A stretch of DNA of 64,000 nucleotides from Candidatus Cloacimonadota bacterium (GTDB lineage Bacteria; Cloacimonadota; Cloacimonadia; G963667145): the NCBI GenBank assembly GCA_963676615.1, contig OY781092.1, positions 1,120,001 to 1,184,000 on the forward strand, given 5' to 3'. The position numbers were made by a program, and so were the translations under genes. The notes under the pieces are model-generated. The model saw only the letters and a program-made list of their open reading frames with translations. It made no database searches and had not been told where the DNA came from. This document shows positions 9,676-19,100 of this stretch, one piece after another. The first letter of the stretch is position 1, and each line of letters opens with the position of its first letter.

Positions 9676-10989
9676 CTAGCCGTTCATCTTGTTCAAAAAA
9701 TCTTCGTTATCCCGCGTGGCTTCGATGTTTCGCATGATTGTTTGCAGACCTTTGGCAGAATTTTCGCTAGCCGCCAAATATTTGCGGATGACATAAGTTT
9801 TGTTTTTTTCCGTTTCGGTAAGCAAAAGCTCCTCTCTTCTGGTGCCAGAGCGCACCAAATCGATTGCGGGATAGATTCTGGCTTCCGCCAAAGAACGATC
9901 CAAGTTCAGCTCCATATTTCCCGTTCCTTTGAACTCCTCAAAAATCACCTGATCCATCTTCGAGCCCGTGTCCACCAAAGCCGTCGCCAAAATCGTCAAG
10001 CTTCCGTTCCCGCGAATATTACGCGCAGCACCAAAAAACTTTTTGGGATAATGCAAAGCGCCGACATCGATACCGCCCGAAAGCGTCTTGCCGCTCGAGG
10101 GAATCTCGTTGTTATACGCCCGCGCCAGGCGAGTGATGCTATCCAGCATAATAATCACATCTTGCCCAAGCTCGACCATCCGCTTGGCTTTCTCGATCAC
10201 CATCTCGGCGACCTTGATGTGATTAGAGGTTTTCTCGTCAAAAGTCGAAGCGACCACCTCGGAATTTTCCGGCAGCAAATTCTCCTTCATATCCGTCACC
10301 TCCTCCGGGCGCTCATCGATAAGCAGCATAATCATATACGCCTTATTGTAGCGCAAAATCGTGTTGGCTATTTTTTGCAAAAGCACCGTCTTGCCAGTCT
10401 TTGGAGCAGCCACGATAAGACCTCTTTGCCCTTTGCCCACGGGCGTAAACAGCGAAATCATCCTGCCCGAAACATTATCAAAAGGCTGATCGGTCACAAA
10501 CCGCTCCTCTGGAAAATGCGGCACCAGCTTCTCGAACTTTGGCACATCCTTCATCGATTGCGGCAAGTTCCCGTTCACTTTGCTGATTTTCACCAGCGCC
10601 GAATATTTGTCTCGCTGCCGATTTGGCTTGCAAATTCCCGCAACCATATGCCCTTTTTTCAGCCCATAGCGCCGAATCTGCGACTGCGAAACATACACAT
10701 CCGAATCGCTCTGCAGATAATTATTCTCCTGCCAGCGCAAAAAACCGTAGCCGTCGGACATAATATCCAAACAGCCACAAACATGCCGCTCGCCGCTCTT
10801 CTTTGCCTCAACTTTCGGCTGCTTCTCGTCCTGCGTCTCCTGCTGCGACTTGCTCTGCTCTTGCTCTTGCGCCTGTATCACTTGCGCCAAAAGGTCATCC
10901 TTTTTTTTCGACGGCTTCTCAATCCCCAGCAGCTTCGCCCTTTGCAAAAGCTCTTTCACCTTCAACTTTTTCAAACTTTCCATACTCAT
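9676..10989 (-). CDS. rho: Transcription termination factor Rho (start ATG 10989 or 10983)
   Basis: DGYGFLR, DVYVSQSQIRRYGL, GKGQRGLIVAAPKTGKT, LIDERPEEVTD, DSITRLARAYN, FEEFKGTGNMEL. Confidence 0.98.
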   Translation of the reverse strand: MSMESLKKLKVKELLQRAKLLGIEKPSKKKDDLLAQVIQAQEQEQSKSQQETQDEKQPKVEAKKSGERHVCGCLDIMSDGYGFLRWQENNYLQSDSDVYVSQSQIRRYGLKKGHMVAGICKPNRQRDKYSALVKISKVNGNLPQSMKDVPKFEKLVPHFPEERFVTDQPFDNVSGRMISLFTPVGKGQRGLIVAAPKTGKTVLLQKIANTILRYNKAYMIMLLIDERPEEVTDMKENLLPENSEVVASTFDEKTSNHIKVAEMVIEKAKRMVELGQDVIIMLDSITRLARAYNNEIPSSGKTLSGGIDVGALHYPKKFFGAARNIRGNGSLTILATALVDTGSKMDQVIFEEFKGTGNMELNLDRSLAEARIYPAIDLVRSGTRREELLLTETEKNKTYVIRKYLAASENSAKGLQTIMRNIEATRDNEDFLNKMNG

Positions 10990-11211
10990 TATTATCCTAA
11001 AATCTCCCAAACTTTGTTATTTTTTCAAAACAAAAGAACTTTTAATCGAACGACAAAACGCTCCCTAACATTGACTGACCCCTTATCTTAACTCCTTGCA
11101 GAAGCAAAAGGTTAGCCAATATCATCACAAAAGAAAATCCTTAAAAAAGAATTTGCAAATCCGTTTTTTTTTCTTCTTAAAAAAAAACAGCACGATCTGC
11201 AAAACAGAAAA

Positions 11212-11267
11212 AGGTGGCAAGACCAGCAAAACCAGCGATTATCGCCTTATCGACCAGCTCGCCACCT
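11212..11267 (-). terminator. Possible terminator after serC (7-bp stem, large loop)
   Basis: AGGTGGC...GCCACCT followed by a T-rich tract on the minus strand. Confidence 0.4.
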
Positions 11268-11295
11268 GTTAAATATACCCAACTAAAGAGCAAAA

Positions 11296-12375
11296 TTATT
11301 TGTTGTTGCTCTCGAATTTTTTCATAAAGTCGACCAAGAAATCGACGCTTTCCATCGGCATAGCGTTGTAGAAAGACGCTCTGCAGCCGCCTACAGATCT
11401 GTGACCTTTCAGCGAAAGCATATTTGCAGCGCCAGCCTCTGCCAAGAATTTCTTCTCCAAATCCTCAGACGGCAATCTGAAAGGAATGTTCATCAAAGAG
11501 CGATCCTCTGGCACAACTGTTCCGCGATAAAAGTCTGAGCTGTCCAGCAAATTGTAAAGTTTAGCAGCTTTTTCTTTGTTAATCTCGTGGATGCCCGCAA
11601 GTCCGCCGTTGTTCTCGATCCATTTCAAAACAAGACCAACTACATAAATCGAGAAAGTCGGAGGTGTGTTGAACATCGAGCCTTTGCTGATGTGCGTGCG
11701 ATAGTCCATCATTGTCGAAAGTCCCTCGTTGCCAGAGTCAGCAAAAGATTTTTTGATAGCCGCCAAAACTGTGCCAGCTGGTCCGATATTTTTTTGCGCT
11801 CCAGCGTAAATCAAGTCGCATTTTTTAAAGTCGTATGGTCTTGAGAGCATATTTGACGACATATCCGCAATCAACGGCGCAGCCACAGACGGCAGCTCTT
11901 GATACTCCGTTCCGCGAATTGTGTTGTTGGTGGTGATATGCAAATAAGCCGCGTCAGAAGCCACTTTGCTCAAATCTTTTGGAATGTAAGTAAAGCCTTT
12001 GTCCTCGCTGCTAGCAACAACATTGACATTGAGACCCAAAATTTTTGCCTCTTTAATCGCCGCTGTTGACCATGAGCCTGTGTTCACATAGCAGCAGTCT
12101 TTGCTTTTGCTGCCGAAATTCAAGGCGGTCATCAAAAATTGCGTAGAAGCTCCACCTTGCAAAAACAGAATCGAGTAGTCGTCTCCCAATCCCATCAGTC
12201 TTGCGGCTCTTTCCATCGCATCGTCGATGATTGCTTGATAATTCGGAGAACGGTGACTCATCTCCATTACAGACAAACCCTTACCTTTGTAAGAAACTAA
12301 GTCTTTTTGAACCTCTTCCAAAACTTCCATAGGAAGCACGGCTGGCCCTGCGCTAAAATTATGAACTCTACTCAT
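11296..12375 (-). CDS. serC: Phosphoserine aminotransferase
   Basis: NFSAGPA, SHRS, QGGAS, YAGAQKNIGPAG, NTPPTF, GHRSVGGCRAS. GGAGG RBS before ATG 12375. Confidence 0.97.
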   Translation of the reverse strand: MSRVHNFSAGPAVLPMEVLEEVQKDLVSYKGKGLSVMEMSHRSPNYQAIIDDAMERAARLMGLGDDYSILFLQGGASTQFLMTALNFGSKSKDCCYVNTGSWSTAAIKEAKILGLNVNVVASSEDKGFTYIPKDLSKVASDAAYLHITTNNTIRGTEYQELPSVAAPLIADMSSNMLSRPYDFKKCDLIYAGAQKNIGPAGTVLAAIKKSFADSGNEGLSTMMDYRTHISKGSMFNTPPTFSIYVVGLVLKWIENNGGLAGIHEINKEKAAKLYNLLDSSDFYRGTVVPEDRSLMNIPFRLPSEDLEKKFLAEAGAANMLSLKGHRSVGGCRASFYNAMPMESVDFLVDFMKKFESNNK

Positions 12376-12427
12376 AATCTCCTCCAATTTTTTATAGATT
12401 GAATGTTTTTTTGATCTAAAAAAGAAA

Positions 12428-12504
12428 TGGGGTGACTGATGGGACTCGAACCCACGACAACCAGAACCACAATCTGGCGCTCTACCAACTGAACTACAGT
12501 CACC
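12428..12504 (-). tRNA. tRNA-His (GTG)
   Basis: GGTGACTGTAGTTCAGTTGGTAGAGCGCCAGATTGTGGTTCTGGTTGTCGTGGGTTCGAGTCCCATCAGTCACCCCA forms a cloverleaf with anticodon GTG, encoded G-1 and CCA. Confidence 0.97.
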
Positions 12505-12636
12505 ACTTTCATCACGGATTATTTAGTCTCAAAAAATATGCGAACGAAATTTGTCAAATTGTTTTTGCTTTGGGGGGAAAAATTTTGGATATGGAAAGAA
12601 TAAAAATTTTAAGTAGGCTTAAGAAAACCAAAAATT

Positions 12637-13017
12637 CTACAGAAAATTTACCTCAACAACCTTAAAACCTTTTTTTCTTTCTCTTTTATTTCCAACAAAC
12701 CCTTTTGTAAAAGAGCCTAAAATTCTGACTTTTCTACCTACAAATTTATCGAAACCTAGAGAGTAAGACTGCTGGTTAAAAATTGTGACATTCCCTTCAT
12801 TTTTTGTTGAAACAAAAAAATAAGAAAACTCACTTAAAGTTCCTCTCATCTCTTTTTTTATTCCTACTGAACCCTCTAATTCCACAAACTTTGAACTTTT
12901 ATTCAACTCTTCAACTCTTTTTTTACAAGCGTTTCCACCACAAGAAATAAGACAGACAACAAACACAAAAAAAAGAAAAAATCTTGCTACCTTACTTTTT
13001 TTTGATCGATATCTCAT
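12637..13017 (-). CDS. Hypothetical lipoprotein
   Basis: Lipobox LISC. AT-rich. Overlaps the end of the clostripain gene. Confidence 0.6.
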   Translation of the reverse strand: MRYRSKKSKVARFFLFFVFVVCLISCGGNACKKRVEELNKSSKFVELEGSVGIKKEMRGTLSEFSYFFVSTKNEGNVTIFNQQSYSLGFDKFVGRKVRILGSFTKGFVGNKRERKKGFKVVEVNFL

Positions 13018-14647
13018 AATCGCCTATACTCGAAATTGGGCGCAAAGTTATAGAATAATTTCCATCATCAGAAGTTTCAAATTCAAGAGTTTGCTCGATT
13101 TCTCCCCAATATGAAAAACCCGCACCATAAAAATTAAGCTCAAAATAGTCTATATGCTCACTCTTTAACTCAAGGCAGTAAGTCACAGCACTATCCAAAG
13201 CTATCTCAAAATAATCATTGTCGTTTGCATCATGAAAACTCCGATCTGAAGTAGCCCCAACAGTTAACACCTCTCTGTTTTCATAATCATCTGGCTCTTG
13301 CTTATCTTCGCCTATAGATATTGGAACCTCATTCATTTTTTTTACATAATCGTACCACTTATTACTAGCAAAATCCAATACATCCTTATAATATTTTTCG
13401 TCATATTTCTGAATTTTATACCAGCCATTATGGTAAATTGTTACTCCCGAAGCTTTCCCATAATCAAACACCTCAGAATCAAAATCGTTAGCATAAGCCT
13501 TATAAACAACTGCGTCTTTCAAAGCATTTTCAACATTTTTTGCTTTAGATTTCACTCTTTCTGGTAAAGAAGACTCTCCTATGTTTTTCATAAAATCACC
13601 TAAATCTAAATAATAAGCAACATAAAACGAAGACAAACTTTTTTTAGCCAGACCATTATAATCTTCATAATTGCTATTTTTATCTAAGTCAACCAAAATT
13701 TCAGACGCTGCTTCGTTTATAGAATTATACAATTCATCCATTTTTGCCAAATCGACAACAGACAAAGTAAAACTTCTAAAATCGTAAAAATAGGATTGCG
13801 CTGATTTGCAAAAATTTATTGCAAGTTCATCGCCTTCAATGTTAGGGTTATCAACAACACTCTGCAAAGCCTCATACGACCACATTTCTGCAGGGAAAAC
13901 CTCTTCTGAAAACAAAATATAATTCGCATTATTTCTAACTTCATAAGCTAATTCTACACCACCCATAAGACAAGCATACGGATAAAACAAATCGATTTTC
14001 TTTCCAATCTTTCCTTTCAAATATTTTGTTATTTCGCCTAACTCATAATGAGTTAAAACATCTCCACTAATTCCAGATCCTGCATTGTCATCAGAAGCAA
14101 TAGAAAGGTTCAAATCGCTAAAAACTCCTGTTTTTGTGGTGTCGTCAAAGCCTCCTCCATGATTAAAAACAGAATACAAATATTTTTCGGAATCAAATTT
14201 TGCTAGCGCATAATCCAGAAAATCTCTACTTTCGACAATATCCCCAGACCTAATTTCATCCCTCTGTTTCCAAGTTCCATTTCGATCCAAAAAATCTTTT
14301 TTAAAATCTCCGCTTAACACATAATAACCATCAACAAAATTTCTCGAAGTGTATCCTGTTCCTTTAGAATCGTCACCATAACAATCCAGCATAACGGCTA
14401 TATTTAGACTATTTTCACTGTCCATTTTTTTTGTGTTTTCCAAAGTTTGCAAATAATTGGTCACAATTTTATTATATCTTTCAAAGTCATAGTCGATATT
14501 ATTATCAACAGCAAAATGAACTAACACCGTCCACTTTCCAGAATTACTGCTATCCAAATCGTTATCATTGCTTGTTGAACTGCTACAACCAGTAATCAAA
14601 GAAAATAAAAACAAAATTATGCTACAATTTATGATTTTCCCCCTCAT
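12992..14647 (-). CDS. Clostripain-family (peptidase C11) lipoprotein, possible C-terminal PPC-like domain
   Basis: Lipobox ITGC. KWTVLVHFAVDNN, catalytic NHGGG and ACLMGGVE, TLSVVDL, YLDLGDF. AT-rich. Confidence 0.85.
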   Translation of the reverse strand: MRGKIINCSIILFLFSLITGCSSSTSNDNDLDSSNSGKWTVLVHFAVDNNIDYDFERYNKIVTNYLQTLENTKKMDSENSLNIAVMLDCYGDDSKGTGYTSRNFVDGYYVLSGDFKKDFLDRNGTWKQRDEIRSGDIVESRDFLDYALAKFDSEKYLYSVFNHGGGFDDTTKTGVFSDLNLSIASDDNAGSGISGDVLTHYELGEITKYLKGKIGKKIDLFYPYACLMGGVELAYEVRNNANYILFSEEVFPAEMWSYEALQSVVDNPNIEGDELAINFCKSAQSYFYDFRSFTLSVVDLAKMDELYNSINEAASEILVDLDKNSNYEDYNGLAKKSLSSFYVAYYLDLGDFMKNIGESSLPERVKSKAKNVENALKDAVVYKAYANDFDSEVFDYGKASGVTIYHNGWYKIQKYDEKYYKDVLDFASNKWYDYVKKMNEVPISIGEDKQEPDDYENREVLTVGATSDRSFHDANDNDYFEIALDSAVTYCLELKSEHIDYFELNFYGAGFSYWGEIEQTLEFETSDDGNYSITLRPISSIGDYEISIKKK

Positions 14648-14749
14648 TCAACACTCCTTATTTCAATTTTATTTTAATTTTAATTTCAACTTCGTAAAAT
14701 TTAAAGCTTTTTTGTCAATTCTTTACTTTTTCTTTAAATAAAATTAAGT

Positions 14750-15952
14750 TCAAAAACCTGGCTCTTTCACCGCCAAGAGCAACAACCCTCCAACCACAAA
14801 AAAGCACAAAACCGACAAAATCGAATACCGCTGCGAGCCCGTCAGATAGGCGATTTGCCCATAAACCACAGGTCCAAAAATCGAGGTGAGTTTGCCCGTA
14901 AATGAGTAAAAGCCAAAAAACTCACTGACCCTTTTTTTGGGAGTCAGGCGCGCCAACATCACCCGCGAGGACGATTGCGAAGAGCCGATGGCGATGCCCG
15001 CCAAGAGTCCAACCCAGTAGTACTCACTCGCCGAACGGCAAAAAAACGCCCACAAAACCACAGCCGTCCAAATCAATAAAGTTATCAAAATCGTGTTTTT
15101 CGCCCCAAGCACATCCAAAACATAGCCAAAAACCCAAGCGCCAAGCATCGAGGTGAGCTGCACCAAAATGAAATAAAAAATCAGCTGCGAGCTGGTCAGC
15201 CCAAACTGCGTTGCGCCAAATATCGAGGCGAACGAAATAACGACGATAATCCCGTCGTTATAAATCAAGTAACTAATCAAAAACTTGAGCAGATTTTTGT
15301 AATTTCGGATATTGGCAAAAGTGTGACTCAGCCTGCGGACGGCGGTTTTGACATAGTTTGTTCGTTTGGAAGGAATCTTCACTTCCTTGAGCAAAACGAA
15401 AGTCACTATCGAGAGCAAGCCGAAAAAAGCGCCAACCATCGGGAAAACCAGCTTCACATCGATTTTCAGCAGCGCCAGCGCCAAAAATAGCGAGACCAAA
15501 CCTCCCAGATAGCCAACTCCCCAGCCGAAACCTGAAATTTTGCCGATGTTGGACTGCGTCGAGATTTCTGGCAAAAATGCGTTGTAAAAAACATTGCCGC
15601 AGCTAAAGCCATAATTGGCTATCACGAAAAAAATTACGCCCATTGCCACATCGCCTTTTCGCACAAAATAGAGCAGCGAGGTGAAAATCACGCAGAGGTA
15701 ACAGTTGATAAACAGAAACTTTTTTTTGGAGCGAGAGTAGTCTGCCACCGCTCCCAAAATCGGCGAAGAGATCGCCACCAAAATCATCGAAATGCTGACA
15801 GCCCAGCCCCAGAGCGCCGTGGCGAACTCTCCTCCACCGACGACCACATCCTTAAAATAAACGCTATAAATCACCGTAACGATGATGGTTGTAAAAGACG
15901 AATTGGCAAAATCGTAAAAAATCCAGCCAAAAATATTTTTATTCATTTTCAT
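14750..15952 (-). CDS. MFS transporter, UMF1/Atg22-like family
   Basis: WIFYDFANSSF, SPILGAVAD, FYNAFLPEI, SGFGWGVGYLGG, EFFGFY. Confidence 0.88.
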   Translation of the reverse strand: MKMNKNIFGWIFYDFANSSFTTIIVTVIYSVYFKDVVVGGGEFATALWGWAVSISMILVAISSPILGAVADYSRSKKKFLFINCYLCVIFTSLLYFVRKGDVAMGVIFFVIANYGFSCGNVFYNAFLPEISTQSNIGKISGFGWGVGYLGGLVSLFLALALLKIDVKLVFPMVGAFFGLLSIVTFVLLKEVKIPSKRTNYVKTAVRRLSHTFANIRNYKNLLKFLISYLIYNDGIIVVISFASIFGATQFGLTSSQLIFYFILVQLTSMLGAWVFGYVLDVLGAKNTILITLLIWTAVVLWAFFCRSASEYYWVGLLAGIAIGSSQSSSRVMLARLTPKKRVSEFFGFYSFTGKLTSIFGPVVYGQIAYLTGSQRYSILSVLCFFVVGGLLLLAVKEPGF

Positions 15953-16170
15953 TATTTACCCTCAAAATAGCCCTTTTTTCTTGACGCCAAACCGTAGCCG
16001 TCGCCAGCTAAAACCAAAATCGATTTTATACAAGGAGCTACGATGATTTCTTTGCAAAAATGGCTAATTTTTCTGAACTGGCAAGCCACCTGTTTTCTAG
16101 TCAACAAAATTTTCTCGAAATTCCAATCAGCACCACATTTTGCAGGCAAAAACGCAGGAGCAGCGCGGCT

Positions 16171-19100
16171 ATGATAATCGGAAATCGCTACGAAGTCGTC
16201 GAAAAAATCCACAAAGGTTCGTGGGCGACAATCTACAAAGTCAAAGATGTCCGAGACGAAAAGTTCTATGTCCTCAAGCTGTTTTCCAAACTCTCTAGCC
16301 ACGAATTTTACTCGCGATTTTCGCCAGAAGAGCTGACCAGACTCACAGGCATCAAGCATCACAACTTGGTGCGCACCTACGACTTCGGCTTCTTCGGCAA
16401 AAGCATCTACTCCATCAGCGCCTACTACGATTTGCCCTCACTAGAAAAATTCCTCTTCGCCAAAATCGAAGACATCTACACCATTATCAAAGGGCTTTGC
16501 CTTGGGCTGGAGGCTCTGCACAAAGAAAACATCCTCCACCAAAATCTGCGCCTAGAAAACATCCTCTACGACCCAAAAACTTTGGAAGTCAAAATCTTGG
16601 AATGCAATTTTGTGGACAACGAGCGCTCCAAACAGGAGATTATCGTCGACTACCTGCCCTATCTTGCGCCAGAAGTTTACGAGGGAGGACAAGCGGTCGT
16701 GCCCAGCGACCTCTACTCCCTTGGGATCGTGCTCTACTACATCACCTGCGGGCGTTTTCCGTTCTCGATTCACCAAATTCAAAACCTGCAAAACCACGAA
16801 AACTACTATCCGACTCCGCCGTCCAAAATCAATCCCCAAGTTCCAGCTGCACTCGACACCTTGATTTTGAGGCTGCTTAGCCGTTTTCCGCAAGAGAGAT
16901 TTCAGAACACAAACCAAATTTTGCAATACCTGAACAGCTACTCGGGCAAGAAAAAAATCATCCTCACACAAGCCGACAAGAGCGTTCCTTTGGCTTTCGG
17001 CAAAACGACAATCCACCGCAAACTTCTCGAGCAACTTTTGGCGAACCTCAGAACCGTCCATCAGCAAAAAAACGGCAAAATTTTGCACATCATCGGCGAC
17101 AGCGGCGTCGGTAAATCCAGCCTGCTCAAGCAGTTCCGCTACTCGATTTTCAGCGACAGCTTCGCGATTTTCTCGTATAAATGTAGCCAAGACAACATCG
17201 ATCCGCTGTTCACTATCGCCAAAGAGACGATGAGCAAAGAGAGTCTGGACAAAGTCACCAAAGAGTTTTCGCAAATTTCCGAAAAATACAGAAAATTTTT
17301 GATTCACTCGGAAAAAGAGGCGCTGGCGATTCCCGACACCGAAGAAAAAGTCCAGATGGACACCGAGTTTATCAAAAAAACGATTTTTGCCGCCGCAGAA
17401 GAAAAAACTTTGGTCATCATCATCGAAAACGCCGACTACCTGCACGAAAAAACGACCAAAGCGCTGGACATCATCTCAAAAAGCATCAATTCGCACCCCG
17501 TTTTTATCGTCATCACTGGCGAAAAACACGACGCTTTCGACTCGGTCGTTTACAAAAACAAAAAATTTATCCCAAATCTTAATCGTGCCGAAACCAAAAA
17601 TTTCATCCTCTCCGTGACCAAAGGGCTGCACATTCACGAAAATATCATCAACCTTGTCGTCGAAAAATCGACCGGCAACCCGAAATTTATCAAAAAAATT
17701 TTGTTGCAGCTCTACAAAGACAACCTGCTGGGCAAGGAAAAAATCCCGGCAAACTATCGGCTGCCGCTTGCCATCAACTCCAACATCAAGCAAACGATTT
17801 TAGAGTCGCTGCGCCATCTGCCAGACTATCCGCTCATCAAAAAGCTGGCGTTTTTCTTGCTGCCAATTTCCAGCCAAAGTATGCAAAAAATTTTGGAAAT
17901 CAGCCAAAAAAAAAGCTGTTTTTTGCTCTCGGAACTGATAAACGCCCACATCATTCACCACGAACAAGAGGTTTACAAATTCAACTCCGCTCAGATAAAG
18001 CAGAGCTTGCAGCAGGAGCTGACCTTGCCCGAAAAAAAATCGCTAATCAAATGTGCTTTTTCGCATTATCAAGACCAGCCTATTGCTGATTTGGCGACCG
18101 CCGAAGGCTTGCTCGATTACGCCCTGATTATCAAAGATTTTGAAAAAATCCGCAAATACAATCTGCTTTGCGCAAAGTTGCACCTGCAAAATTTTCAGCA
18201 CCAAGAGGCTTACAATCACTATTTTCAGGTCGGCAAACTCCACGCTCTTGGCTATCTGCCAGCGAAATTTCGCAGCCAAGATTTGCAAGAATTGACGCTC
18301 AACTCCAAGCTCCACACTCTAAAAAGTTTGCAGCTGCTTTCGCAATTTCCAGAAAAAGAGAACGAAAAATTGCGCGCTATTTTGCTGCAAGACGCCCGCA
18401 AAACCGATTTGGCGGAAAAGCTGTTCGACCAATTGCAGCTCGGCACATCAAAAATCGACGACATTATCAGGATGCGCAAAATTCGCAACAAACTGATTTT
18501 GCACAAGCTCGATCAAGCGGAAATTCTTCTGGAAAATTACACCCCAAAATCACAAAAAGACGAGGTTTACAAAATTATTATGCAGGCCGAGTTGCTGCTC
18601 AAGCAAAAAAAGCCAGCCGCCGCGGCGCTTATGCTGAAAGAGTTTATCAAGTCCAACGAATTCGAAAAAATTTCTGACGAGTATATTTTGGCGAAACTTT
18701 ATCATGTGCTGGGCAACTCGCTGCACATCAGGCGGAATTTGGAAGAGGGCGAAAAATTTTATCTAAAGGCGCAAAATATTCTGAAAAAAAACAACTTTTT
18801 GGTCGGACTTTGCTCTAACTACAACGATTTGGGCGGTCTATACCTCACTGGCGGCGACATCGGCAAAGCCCTGAAATATCTGCGAAAGGCGCAAAAAATT
18901 TCCCAAAATTATCCTTCGGGAAAGCTACGCGTTGCATACACCTACGGCAAGGCGTATCTCAAGCTGGGCAAGTTCAAAAAGGCGATTGAGTATTTTGAAA
19001 TCGCCAAAAAAGTTTGCCACGAGACCGAAAACCAAAAGCGGTTCAAGATGTGTCAAATGCACATCTCGTCGTGCCTGATGAAATACAAGGGCTACGGCGA

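Noticed and set aside
12432..12665. 77-aa ORF on the plus strand
   Set aside because: It is the antisense reading of tRNA-His.
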